Positions 1-12,461 of a stretch of 64,000 nucleotides of DNA are shown here, one piece after another. The stretch comes from Eledone cirrhosa (lineage: Eukaryota): the NCBI GenBank assembly GCA_964016885.1, contig OZ024740.1, positions 154,442,001 through 154,506,000 of the forward strand, written 5' to 3'. Each line of letters opens with the position of its first letter. Position 1 is the first letter of the stretch. Under the pieces are notes generated by a model. That model worked only from the letters and a program-made list of their open reading frames with translations, ran no database searches and had not been told where the DNA came from. A program made the translations under genes and the position numbers.

Positions 1-2
1 TA

Positions 3-911
3 GTCAAAGATCACCAAAACACCCAAAATAAATCACATAGGAGTGGAAATAGCACAGAATCACCACCATACAAACACTACCGCAATAGACACAATAATAG
101 TCGCACACCACCAAACAGAAGGCGATGTAAGGAGTATATCTGGTACAACCCGGTCTATAACAACTCTATTAAAACCAATCTACCCTCAAAATTCTTTAGA
201 TTAGTTAGAAAACACTTTCCAACATCACATAAATATAATAAAATCTTAAACCCTAACACTATTCGACTTTCATATTCAACCGCCCCTAATATTGAACAAC
301 ATATAAAAAAGCTTAACGCAAAACGGTTGTATAAACGCCTTCCAACACATAACAATACACGTAAAACATTAGCTATAACATCACAAAACAACAAACAACA
401 TCCTGTCCTACATAAGCAACCTCATCAACCCATCCATGGCAATACAACAACGCAAAATTATAATTGCAACTGTGTCCAACCAGGAATGTGTCCGTTGAAC
501 AATCAGTGTCTTGAACGCAACATCGTATACAAATGTACTATCGAATCGGATAGACAGAAGTGGTACTATGTGGGATCTACAGCCACCTCCTTCAAATCAC
601 GCCTTTATAGACATCGTTACTCGAGAAAACATGAAAACCAGCGTTATGTAACAACACTCGCAGACAAGGCTTGGCAGCTGCGTGAAAATAACCAACAATT
701 TCACCTAAAATGGGATATAATAGCGGCTGCCCCCCCCCCCCCCCCCCCCATATATTCCCATGGACAGGAATTTTGTAAATTATGTAATGTAGAATTATTT
801 TGTATTATGAAATCCAAAAACATTTTATTAAATAACAGAATAGAGCGATCGTTATACTGTAACCATCGCTTAAAATCTACATTTTCATATTATAAATACT
901 ACCAGGATTGA
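3..911 (+). CDS. 3' part of a Penelope-like element ORF (linker + GIY-YIG endonuclease); frame is open from the window edge
   Basis: The frame of ORF 327..911 is stop-free back to position 3. It reads YIWYNPVYNNSIKTNLPSKFFRLVRKHFP...IRLSYS, CNCx5Cx5C, NIVYKC...YYVGST..FKSRLYRH, CKLCNVE...LLNNRIE...CNH. The CxCx5Cx5C linker and C-terminal CxxC resemble the Hydra-type PLE clade (from memory). Confidence 0.9.
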   Translation, partial: VKDHQNTQNKSHRSGNSTESPPYKHYRNRHNNSRTPPNRRRCKEYIWYNPVYNNSIKTNLPSKFFRLVRKHFPTSHKYNKILNPNTIRLSYSTAPNIEQHIKKLNAKRLYKRLPTHNNTRKTLAITSQNNKQHPVLHKQPHQPIHGNTTTQNYNCNCVQPGMCPLNNQCLERNIVYKCTIESDRQKWYYVGSTATSFKSRLYRHRYSRKHENQRYVTTLADKAWQLRENNQQFHLKWDIIAAAPPPPPPIYSHGQEFCKLCNVELFCIMKSKNILLNNRIERSLYCNHRLKSTFSYYKYYQD

Positions 912-1365
912 ACGCCTGTCTCTATCCCCGTTTGATTGTCAAAATAGATATGAACATTCTTTATTAGTCTTAATTCTATCAACTCTTCTATTATTTACCT
1001 TTTAATACAAACTGCTATAGATAAAATGAGATTTCTGATTTCTTGATTCAATTCCCTAATGCATATACCAGCTGGCTACTAGCATTGATGTTATTTAGTA
1101 GCAATCGAAATCTCCCCCTTCCCCAATTGACACTTTATAATTAATACTACTGCACCAAATGACCAGCCCTGTCCATTGTCCAGTTGGTCAAGTAGAGATT
1201 AAAATTGGCACTCCCAAAATTCTTATTTAGATTTACTCATGGGATTCTCATTAGAAACCCATTATATACTTGTTTAGCAGTAAATTACTATCCCCTCTGT
1301 TCCTTCCTCCTTTACTAATATAAATACTTCAATTTTTCTGATTTTATCCAGTTTATCCAAAATCT

Positions 1366-1474
1366 CTGAAGAAGTGACAACTGATTATACATTTGCTATC
1401 GAATACTTGCTAACATTATATGATTACGCAAGCAGCGATACATAGGTATTCGGTCTGTTACAGAAACATATGTC
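1366..1474 (+). ncRNA. Hammerhead-like motif with expanded stem II
   Basis: CTGAAGA (1366-72), stem II GTGACA/TGTTAC enclosing ~75 nt, GAAA (1463-66), palindromic stem III ACATATGT, GUC triplet. Stem I is poor in this copy. Confidence 0.6.
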
Positions 1475-1802
1475 AATACCTAATAAATTCCTTTTTTAAC
1501 AAAAGCACTTTCATTTTATATTCATCCTTTCTACATTTTCTCCGGAATATAATTTATACTCGTTGAGCAAACCTGCACGTACGCTGTTCATCTCTAACGT
1601 AACGATATATTATCACTACATTATTGATAACCTGAAATTTTATATATATATATAGTTAAAACATAAAACAAAAACAATAACGAAGAGTGCAGTACAAAGT
1701 GTTAGTATTAGGCTCACGCTTGAGAGTGGAGTCTATATATATATATATATTATATATATATATAGAGAGAGAGAGAGATTTTTTATTTTTTTATTAAAGA
1801 AA

Positions 1803-2140
1803 TTTTAGCCTGATAATGGGGTTTAGAACCCTCAGATAAATGGAAAAAGATGAGTATTGATATACATGGGAGTCGAACCGACATCTTTGGTTATCCAGAC
1901 CACTGTGCTACCATTACACCAACACATCACATTGGTGTAATAGTAGCACAGTGGTCTGGATAACCAAAGATGTGGGTTCGACTCCCATGTACATCAATAC
2001 TCATCTTTTTCCATTTATCTGAGGGTTCTAAACCCCATTATCAGGCTAAAAAAATATTAGTCAAAAATACGGTGAAAGCTATTCTATTTTCTAATTTCAA
2101 ACCTGCTCACTGTTTCAAAACATACTTACTCATATATTTA
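1803..2140. mobile_element. Fold-back element with tRNA-like head, 120-bp arms and one-sided tail
   Basis: 1803-1922 is the reverse complement of 1932-2051 (3 mismatches). Each arm has an A-box (TGGTGTAATGG) and B-box (GGTTCGACTCC). Unique tail to ~2140, microsatellites on both sides. Confidence 0.8.
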
Positions 2141-2168
2141 TATATCTATCTATATATATATATATATA

Positions 2169-2204
2169 CCGAGAACAATTGTTTCACCTTAGCGGATCTT
2201 CAGC
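2169..2204 (-). ncRNA. Isolated minimal hammerhead core between (TA)n tracts
   Basis: Minus strand reads CTGAAGA-tccgctaaggt-GAAA-caattg-TT, with palindromic stem III ACAATTGT. Confidence 0.6.
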
Positions 2205-2692
2205 TATATATATATATATATATATATAAATTTAGCGAGAATCGCATTTCGGCGGGTAGAAATTAACGAAACGAAACCTCCATATTGTGCAGAGAAGCGC
2301 TCCATGGATATGAAGAAGATACCAGAGCTATAAACATAAGTTAAAATGGTCATACACGCTGAGACGATGCTTAAGAAGCCATTAACCACCATAGCCAATA
2401 AAGCGAACAAGCTAAACGGGTCAAACAAAATGAGATATGATTGAAATATTTACCCGGACCTTCGGGGAAGATGGAATACTCCGAAATTGGGTTTCTGCAA
2501 CACCTAAATCAATAATACTGTCTGCTTATAAAAAAAATAAGCTTTTGGTATAATGATGGAACAAGGCATCGCTATCTCAACAGGTTTTTGTTCTTCTTGC
2601 GCCAGAATCTCGCAGGTTATGAAAGCACATGTGAGATTCTAAGGGGAGAAAACCCCTATTTTGGCCAGTGAATTCAGCATGTGTAGTTATTG

Positions 2693-2730
<38 letters not shown>

Positions 2731-2850
2731 GCGCTCATATATTCACCTAGCTTATGCTAACAGAATAACTATGAAGCTTGTTCCCTTCCTTCTACGGTTA
2801 GCTATCCTCTTTGTTGTTATCTTGTTTCACTTGCTTTACGCGTTTTAATT

Positions 2851-2951
2851 GTCCTAATAACTTAATTTAGTTATTATTGCACCGACGTGAGGTATATGAT
2901 TTTTAATGCAATGAAATATCTATGATCGTCGGCAAATCACTGATGAGGGAC
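2851..2951 (+). ncRNA. Non-circularly permuted hammerhead candidate, copy 1
   Basis: GTCC/GGAC; hairpin TAATAACT/AGTTATTA; TTGCA/TGCAA; CCGACG/CGTCGG; stem III GGTAT/ATATC; AUA triplet ends at 2896; stem I TGATTT/AAATCA; GAAA 2913-16; CTGATGA 2940-46. Confidence 0.8.
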
Positions 2952-3007
2952 TTATTTTATTACATGTTATCCATGTGCAACCAGCAGTATTCTTCACCCA
3001 ATTTTTT

Positions 3008-3057
<50 letters not shown>

Positions 3058-3063
3058 GGGGTG

Positions 3064-3201
<138 letters not shown>

Positions 3202-3469
3202 GGGGTAGCCGATCTCTGAGAAAGGTCATCTCACCTCAAAGTAAAGAGTTACTATATAACAGAAGTACTCGAAATGTTATCTAGGGGAATTTTTTATATT
3301 ACTATATAGAAAATAAATATGACTATTATTATTTTAACTTTCATGCTAAATAGAGCATTTATTAGTTGAGTTTTGATTAGAGTGAAGAACTTCACTGGAA
3401 TCAAATCCATCTGTTGAATGCTCAATCTAGCAGGAAATGGAATATCATGGAATAGCAGACATATTTACA

Positions 3470-4530
<1,061 letters not shown>

Positions 4531-4734
4531 CTTTTCGCTTTGTGTTTATTTTTCCTTTTGGTAATACTCTCCGCGTAATAAAATATCATCAAATATAAAA
4601 TATCACCCATACACATAGACTGCAGTGCAAGCTGAAAACTGACACAAAAATGTGTGATAATGATGATGATTTAGAGGAGGAGGAGGAGGAGGAGGAGGAG
4701 GAGGAGGAGGAGGAGGAGGAGGAGGAGGAGGAGA

Positions 4735-5065
4735 GGCCACCAATTTTTAAAGTGAGGAAAGTTGATTCAAGCGACCCCAGGGCATTACTGGTACTTTATT
4801 TTATCCACCCCTTAAGAATGAAAGACTAAGCTTAACTTGGTCGGACTTGAAATTAGAACGTAGAAAGGTTTAATAATAATTGTTTCTAGCATTGGTACAA
4901 GTTTAGCAATTTTAGCGAAAGAGGAAAATCGATTTAATCGATGAAGTACTTTAATAGTACATTACTTTATTGAACGCGGGAAGATGAATGGCATGATTGA
5001 CCTGGGCGGGATCTGAGCTCATGACATAAAGAGCCGGAACAAATGCCGCAAAACCTTTTGCCCAA
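4735..5065 (-). mobile_element. Two degenerate tRNA-derived SINE copies (family 1)
   Basis: Reverse complement of the family core (ctggtactttattttatcgacccc...aaggatgaaaggcaaagttaacctcggc), after a (GAG)n tract at 4675-4733. Confidence 0.75.
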
Positions 5066-5913
5066 CTCATGAGCATCTTCAATGTTGGAGAAGAAAAAAG
5101 ATACCCACTATCTTCTTTATGTTTTAGCTAAACCTTAGCTTCTTATAGACTATTGCAGTAGCTGTTACCAATAGTTTGTCGGTTATGTGGTCTATAATAT
5201 CGGGCACCATCTCCTCATCAAACATTACAGCATTCTTGTTGTTTTACATGAGATCATGGCGGATACATAAGAACATAAGACTATCCTTGACTCATCGATC
5301 GCTTTATTAATGGGGAAAATTGAGTATGTTTCACGAAGAATCTATTAGAGCAAAGGTTGAACATGAGAAAAGGGAGCAGAGAGAAAGAGAAAACGAAAAC
5401 AAAAGCAAGACATATAAAGAAAAGGAAGATTGAGAAGGAAGGTGGCCAAAAAGGGACAGCGATATACAAAGAAGAGCTATTACAATGTTAAAAACAAGTA
5501 ATGCAAGCTGGTTGGTAGCGAAACATATAACAGGAAATGAATGAGATAACTTCACATGATGAGTTAACATCTTTACTTTCAAAGTCTTTCAGAAGAGTTA
5601 CTACTACTTCACTACTTCGCTCAAATAACACAGAGCAGCCGTTTACAAGCTTTCGTTATAATAATTTCACCCTTATTTTTACTTTGTGTATATATGAAGG
5701 ATCGGTAAATAAATTATTGTGACAACGCTACCATTATTCCATCTATTAGCAACCATCCCAAGTCAACATATCCAAATACCCATGGCATAGGCACTATTAT
5801 TCTTTTTCACTTTGTTTGCTATATACACATACACACAAATACATATAAACACACATATATATATATATATATAGAGAAAGATTTGAATGGATACAGTTTA
5901 GTTGAAAGGAATT

Positions 5914-6028
5914 TATTGACACGTGTTTCTATAACAGTTACATAACCTAAAACAGCTATCTACAAACTTTTAGTTATGCAGACATTCAATATTTCAATGT
6001 TATTATTTACTGTCATTTCATCAGAATA
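5914..6028 (-). ncRNA. Hammerhead-like motif with expanded stem II (PLE end)
   Basis: Minus strand: TATT CTGATGA A ATGACAGT...ACTGTTAT A GAAA CACGTG TC AATA AA. Palindromic stem III, GUC triplet, 4-bp stem I. Confidence 0.7.
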
Positions 6029-6073
6029 TATATATATATATATATTAATAAAAGAATATATATATATATATAT

Positions 6074-6343
6074 ATATTAATAAAAGAAATTCCAACTTTG
6101 TCTGATTTACTCGTTTTATTTCGCAATCTTCAGGTTCGTATTCTGTGATGACAGTCATCACAGAATGTGAACCTGAAGATGGCGAAAGCATGAAAGTACT
6201 TGTTCAATTAACACTTAACATTTAATATTGTACCATTTTAATACCATTATAAATTTTGAAGGATTGTAAATAAAACGAGTAAATCAGACAAAGTTGGAAT
6301 TCCTTTTATTAATATAATCTTCTATACACAATCACACGCACCC

Positions 6344-6346
<3 letters not shown>
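6074..6346. mobile_element. Fold-back PLE end with HHR-like motif
   Basis: 6074-6121 is inverted at 6268-6315. Inner palindrome 6127-6180. CTGAAGA-tggcgaaagcat-GAAA at ~6173-6196. (TA)n flanks. Confidence 0.75.
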
Positions 6347-6405
<59 letters not shown>

Positions 6406-6411
<6 letters not shown>

Positions 6412-6850
6412 ACATTAATATAGATGGTGATGTTACATGAATCGTTTATTCATTATAATTATTTCAACGGTTCTCCCATGCAATCAATATGTAATTCATG
6501 TATTTGTTGTTGTTATGAGAACGGTATCCTCAGATGAAATTCGATTTTGTGGAACTCATATGTCTGCTGGACGCACGAGCAAAATGACGTCTTTTTTCCT
6601 GCCAGCGGCATATCACAAAATCGAATTTCATCTGAGAATACCGTTCTCATAACAACAACAAATGCATGAATTACATCTTGATTGCATGGGAGAACCATGG
6701 AAATTATTATAATAAATAAACGATTTATGTAACATCAGCATCTTTATTAATGTTATTATTATACTGAATCTCCATCGTAACTACAAACTAAAGATGTTGT
6801 GAGCTTTCTCCTGCTTGCTCCTGTTTTTACCAAAAGGATCTCTTCAGAAC
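6406..6850. mobile_element. Fold-back element with ~145-bp arms, 60-bp spacer and tail
   Basis: 6406-6551 is inverted at 6613-6758; unique tail to 6850; (TA)n flanks. Confidence 0.8.
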
Positions 6851-6868
6851 ATATATATATATAGGAAA

Positions 6869-7060
6869 ATAGGAAAAGAGTCAGGACCCCGACGGCAGAG
6901 CTCAAGCCGTTTCGACCGCTATATCTGGACGTCGAAACGGTTTGAGCTATGCCGTCGGGGTCCTGACTCTTTTCCTATTACCCACTCTATTACCCAAAGT
7001 ATCGAGTACTCTGGTGGTGCGCTATGGTCCACCTGGTTCCTTACCACACTTCCTTCGTTA
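6869..7060 (+). mobile_element. Fold-back PLE end (family also at 44140 and 51225)
   Basis: Arms 6869-6916/6929-6978 carry the 3' half of a hammerhead (GAAA-cggt..gccg-TC-gggg), followed by an ~80-nt tail. Confidence 0.85.
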
Positions 7061-7230
7061 TATATATATAGAGATAGATAGATAGATAGATATTTGTATA
7101 CAGATGGGGTAGAAGAAACTAATGCATTAGTCCGGGGCCAGAAAATCAAATTTTCTGCCACACGAAATCGTTTTTCTCACTTATATGTTGAACATTGGCC
7201 AATAAGTGAAATCATTATTATTAATTTTAT

Positions 7231-7276
<46 letters not shown>

Positions 7277-7279
<3 letters not shown>

Positions 7280-7930
7280 TGAAAATAGACCGAGAAACAG
7301 GAATGTCCATCATCAGTAGTCTGCTGATTATCATTGGTATTTCTTCGCATTAAAGACTAGATACCTAAAATCAGTGCGAGCGATAACTAAATAAAGTTAT
7401 CGGGACGAAGCGAATTGGAAGGGGAAAGTGAACAAACAACATGGTAGTAATGCAACGTAAAGAGAGGAAAAGAGAGACAAGTCAATGAATCTTGTGGGCT
7501 TAAGTTCGACAAATCAAATGACGAGAAGAGGCAGATACGTCCGAGCCACGCGAAAAGTGAGAGAGAAAAGAATTTCACACAGGTCAGACGGGAGGAAGTG
7601 AGAGAGGGGGAGTAGCAGAGAGTGAGTGAGTGAAAGTGTGAGGAAGAGGCCAGCCGAGAGTGTGTGACCAGCAGCGGGGGTGAAAGAAAGCAAGAGGTAA
7701 AGGAGAGAGAAGGGAGAGAGAAAAAGAGGATAGCAGTAATGGTAAAAGCTGGTTGCGATATCATTCATTGGTGCCAAACTGTTTCAGCGGTTAGCTGTCC
7801 CTTGGAAAACGTCGATGGCATCGAAGGAAGACTGGCATGGGAGAATGATGGTCTTCCAAAAGGTATCTTGCCTAGCTTTGTATCTTGGAGAGTATTTTTC
7901 CAGGTGCAAACCCATTTTCAGTCATGACCG
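7277..7930 (-). mobile_element. Non-coding 3' region of the element carrying the permuted hammerhead
   Basis: 7407-7700 is homologous to 34702-35160 (atggta..atgcaacg.aaag.gagg...gtcagacgggaggaagt.gagaggg...gtgaaagtgtga.gaagaggc). Ends in (TA)n. Confidence 0.65.
7305..7406 (-). ncRNA. Non-circularly permuted hammerhead candidate, copy 2
   Basis: Minus strand: GTCC CGATAACT..AGTTATCG C TCGCA CTGATT TTA GGTAT C TAGTCT TTAA TGCGA A GAAA TACC AAT GAT AATCAG C AGACTA CTGATGA T GGAC. AUC triplet ends at 7360. Confidence 0.8.
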
Positions 7931-8257
7931 AAGTGATATGTGTGTGGGGGGGGGGGGTGCATGTGCGCGCGCGTGAGTTTGCGGTCGCATGCGTGAGTGT
8001 GTATGTGTATGTGTGTCTGGTGTGTGTCTCTGTGGGTATGTGTGTGTGTGTCTGGTGTATGTCCCTGTGTGTGTGTGTGGTTTGAATGTACAAACAATAT
8101 TAGTTTTAAAAATAGGTTAAAATGTAGTTTGTGTGTTTTTCATATATTCGTAGTTGAGTATCCCCCTTGTTGCTACTCCAAGTTTCCTTCTACGGAAACT
8201 AGCAGCAGTAAGAAAGTGTAAGCCTAACTTTGAATAAATGGACATATATATGTATAC

Positions 8258-8352
<95 letters not shown>

Positions 8353-9127
8353 GGCAACAATCCGAAATCTATTTAGAGTATAATAAATAATGTATTTGCT
8401 CTAATTTTCTAGAGTTTAGTGTCAGTAGTTCATGATTACCATCTAAATCTGTTCTATAAAAGAAAGCGCAAAGATAAAGTAAACGATATTTTAAATGAGA
8501 ACCAGTTTGTAAAGATTTTGAAAGAAATATAAAAAAAAATCTCACTGGAAACTCGTTTGTAATGTATTATACCTCAAGCAGTTTAATCTTTTGTCAACAA
8601 AACTGATAACATAGATAACTTTTCTTTTTAGGTCTATTTCCAAAATTGGAGATTCATATCACTGCATGCTGGCAGCTTAAAATACTGGGTAGAGAGAAAT
8701 GAAAAAGCTGTGAAATTATAAAGTCAAAGAAAATTAAATTATAATACAAATAAGTTAATGTCCACCTTTACTTACTAATGAAAGAATAATTTCTTAATTA
8801 GATATTAAGCCTTTAGCTAGCAGACATAAATGTCATATCTAGACACACACAATCTGATGCTTGCAGTGAGATCCCCTAATTGAATAAATACATCTTATAC
8901 TTTTATACAAATGTCAAACTGAAGCAAAAGAATTTAAAAATAAAAATGGAGCTAAGAAATTAGATGTTGTGTAGTTGAAGTTAATGCATAAGTATATTTA
9001 CATACTGGTTTAGAGGTCAGCAGTTCATATCTTGACACTAGTGTGATCACTCTTGTGACCAAACATCGGGATCATCACCTTTCTAAAGACTATCTAGACT
9101 CATATGTACCAAAGTTGAATTGATTAT

Positions 9128-9528
9128 GGGCGGCAGGTTGAAAAAGTTGTTGAAACATCGAACACAATATTTGGTGGCATTCGTTCTGGCTCATTGCATT
9201 CTAAGTTCAAATACCACCGATATCAACTTCGCTTTTCATCCTTTCGGAAGTTGATAAAAGAAGTTCCAGTCCTGGGATCAATTATTATTATTGTAATTAT
9301 TATCTCTTAGGTGGTGGATTAGCAGCATCGGTAGAGCGTCGGAGAAAGTGTTTGCGGTATTTGGTTACGACTTTGTACATTCTGAGTGGAAATCCCACCG
9401 AGTTAAACTTTGCTTTTCATCTTTACGGGGTCGATATAATATAGCACCAATAACGAAATGGTATCAATTTAATCGACTTTCTCTTTCCCAAAATTGTTGG
9501 TTTTGTGACTAAATCAGAAACCATGATT
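9128..9528 (+). mobile_element. Two tandem SINE family 1 copies
   Basis: tRNA-like head (tagcagcatcggtagagcgtcgga...gagt..aaatccc) plus core ctttgcttttcatc.ttacggggtcgata. Confidence 0.8.
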
Positions 9529-11616
9529 ATCTCTTTCTCTTTTTCCTCCCCCTCTCTCTCTCTCCCTCACCCTCTCTGTCTCTGGAAGCAATCGACTGTG
9601 GTGAGGAGGGGCATGAGTTCTGCCATATTTAAAAGTGCTCAATACACGCCTTTTGTAACGCTGGTGCCTATAAGTCTCTAACAGGCGCCGAGGGGTGAAA
9701 ATAGCAGGATCACTGTTTAACATAACGAACAGAAAGAGTGAGAAGACATAAAATAATGAAAAGGAAGAAGAAAGGGTGAGACTCTACACTCCTGGGTCAG
9801 CAGTATATCTCAGCTGTGTCCGTGGATAAGATGGTGAAAGCATTACCACGTAGAGCAATCAGCGACAACCACTACATCAGACATCCCACCTCATGGGATT
9901 CCTTCCTTGGGCGGGAGGCACTCCTCATGATATTGCGGAGGAAAACGGGTGTCTAGGGACAGAGGATAGCGAAGGTCTTGACGGCGACTGACACGAAAAG
10001 GAAGCAATTGATCAAGACCCGATATATAGATATCATCTGTTCTTCTTCGTTGCGAATGGTTGCGCCCGAGTATGTAATCGAAACAACAAGATTGGAGCTA
10101 GAGAAAGAACCTCAGCACGTAACGTCCCTGATTAGAGATTTGCCTAAAAAGGGCTATCCCGACTGGACGCTTACTGTCGAGGCCGGCATGTTCCAATTGT
10201 GATGGGTAACCGGTCGCGTTAAGGCTCCTTCGGATGATGCCATTCAAAGCGGCAGGGAAAGGAACCGACCTATACTGTGGCGACAAGAGAGCGAATGTAG
10301 TTCAAACTCATCAATGATGGCTTCACAGCGGTATTTATGTGACTCAATGACGTGTATTTAATTAATTTATCGTACTGAATGCCAGCCTCCTTTATGGCCC
10401 TGGAGAAGGCAATGATAAACCATTCCAGTTTTTTTCGCAACTGATCCGAACTGAAATCAGCAAATTTACAACCATACGTTTATTTCCTTCAAAAATTTTG
10501 TTTTATACTTGATACATTCTGGTGAAATAGAGTGGGATCTCACGTTACTAATTCCAAATACGTCTGGGGATCAGTTTACCTTTTGACTTTCAAAATTTGA
10601 TAGCATAATTACTAATGGTACATTAATGTCAATCAAATCAACTAGAGATATTCCCAATTCATAAAAACAGTTCCTTTTAGCTTGTAAAACGAAATCGAAG
10701 CCGTCTTTACATGAACTAGAAAATCACCTCTTAGATATCAATAATGGTTCAGTAGATACATTATTGGATAATTTAATGTTTTGTTTTTACGGTTCTCGTT
10801 GCTGCTTTCGTTGTTCTTACTGCTGCTATTGTCGTCGTTATTGTTGTTGTTTTCATGACCATCGTGGTCATCGTCTTCGTTGTTGTTTAACTCCAAACCG
10901 GACATAATTATGATCAATCACATTATAGCTGTGTCTTCCTTTTCAGACACAATATATCTAAGATTTCATTTTCTAATGAGTCCTATTTTTAAGTGGTAGC
11001 CTGTAATTTGAGAGAAATTTGATTACTATTACTAACATGTTAATCTACCACCAAGTGACTTCTTTACTTCTTTTTTTATTGATGATTGTTTTGTTTCGTT
11101 ATTTTTATTATTGCTTTTGTATAGAAAATATGGTTGAATTCAGTTAGGTACAGTTTGTTTTCATTCTCATGGTTTCATCCTTGGGAAGCTTTGATTGAGC
11201 AGACGTATGTCTTCATTTTGTACTCAAAACCATATTGCCCAATTTTCTTTCCTTTAATACGATACGAGGATATCATTCGAAAAAAAATTGTGCTGTTATT
11301 TTTAACAGCGTGGAGGCACTCTTGTGGTCAATAAGTTGATACGAGACAGAATAACCAGTTCAGTTATTCATAAAAGATATTGACATAAACATTGTTTAGA
11401 GACGTGTTTTCAGGTCTTCTCCGTAATATAGAAAAAGAAAATGTAATTATAAATAAATAGAAATAAGTAAAACAATTAAATATTAAAAAATAAAACAACT
11501 AGAAACTTAGTGATAAGCACACGGTGTAAATCTAAAGGGTAGAAATATCGTACACATATAAAGAAATAAAAACAGATAAAATAAATTATATATATATGTA
11601 TTTATATAATTATGTT

Positions 11617-12033
11617 TTAAGTATAAGTATGTACACGTACATACATATATGTATACCGACGTACAGTAGTATGTATATATATATATATATACATACATGC
11701 ACACATATATATATGCACGTATGGATTCACCGAACATTTATTATAATGCTCGGTGTGTTTGTAAACAAACATCCCGTATTAAGCCGTAGTGTCTAGCAAC
11801 CACCGTTGCTCATTTGTTCAACACTTGTCAGTGTTGAACAAACGAGCAACGGTGGTTGCTAGACACTACGGCTTAATACGGGATGTTTGTTTACAAACAC
11901 ACCGAGCATTATAATAAATGTTCGGTGAATCCATACGTGCATATATATGTGTGCATGTATGTATATATATATATACATACTACTGTACGTCGGTATACAT
12001 ATATGTATGTACGTGTACATACTTATATTTAAG
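11617..12033. mobile_element. Fold-back element with ~205-bp arms (family also at 28908-29010 and 35200-35405)
   Basis: Near-perfect inversion centred on AACACT-TGTC-AGTGTT (11820-11835). Confidence 0.85.
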
Positions 12034-12118
12034 TAACAGCCGTACTAAGAGTGGGAAATGAAATATCGTTTCATTTTTTCCGTTTATGTTTTAAGTATAA
12101 CTTGGTTATTCTCTCTCT

Positions 12119-12157
<39 letters not shown>

Positions 12158-12158
<1 letters not shown>

Positions 12159-12347
12159 GGGCGGTGAATTGGCAGTATCGGTAGAGAGTCGGACGCCATG
12201 CTTTGCAGCATAGTTACGTCCCTTTACGATCTGAGTTCAAATCCCTCCTAGGTTAACTTTGCCTTTCATCCTTACGGGGTCGATAAAATAAAGTACCAGT
12301 AATGTACTGGGTAATTACTGGCCTTGTGCCAAAAGTAGAAACAATTA
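12158..12347 (+). mobile_element. Full-length SINE family 1
   Basis: A-box TGGCAGTATCGG, B-box GAGTTCAAATCC, core GCCTTTCATCCTTACGGGGTCGATAAAATAAAGTACCAG (resembles the Meta-type SINE domain), end AGTAGAAACAATTA. Confidence 0.9.
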
Positions 12348-12461
12348 TATATATATACAATATATATATATATATATATTATATATTTATATATATATAT
12401 ATATATACAATACATATATATATATATTATATATGTATTATATATATATATATATATATAT

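Larger units (their letters stand above)
1..1640 (+). mobile_element. Penelope-like retroelement 3' end (ORF, 3' UTR, HHR-bearing pLTR), ending at (TA)n
   Basis: GIY-YIG ORF, then HHR-like motif at 1366-1474, AATAAA at ~1482, tail and (TA)n at ~1641. Confidence 0.75.

Noticed and set aside
1926-1996. Functional tRNA gene
   Set aside because: The acceptor stem does not pair, position 37 is a pyrimidine, and it sits in an inverted mobile-element arm.
7745-7930. Possible GIY-YIG C-terminus upstream of permuted hammerhead copy 2
   Set aside because: Only a weak LKQFGTNE resemblance flanked by stops; not enough to call.
9940-10440. RTE-like LINE 3' remnants (KTRYIDII; ggagaaggcaatgataaaccattccag)
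   Set aside because: Plausible but too decayed to delimit by eye.
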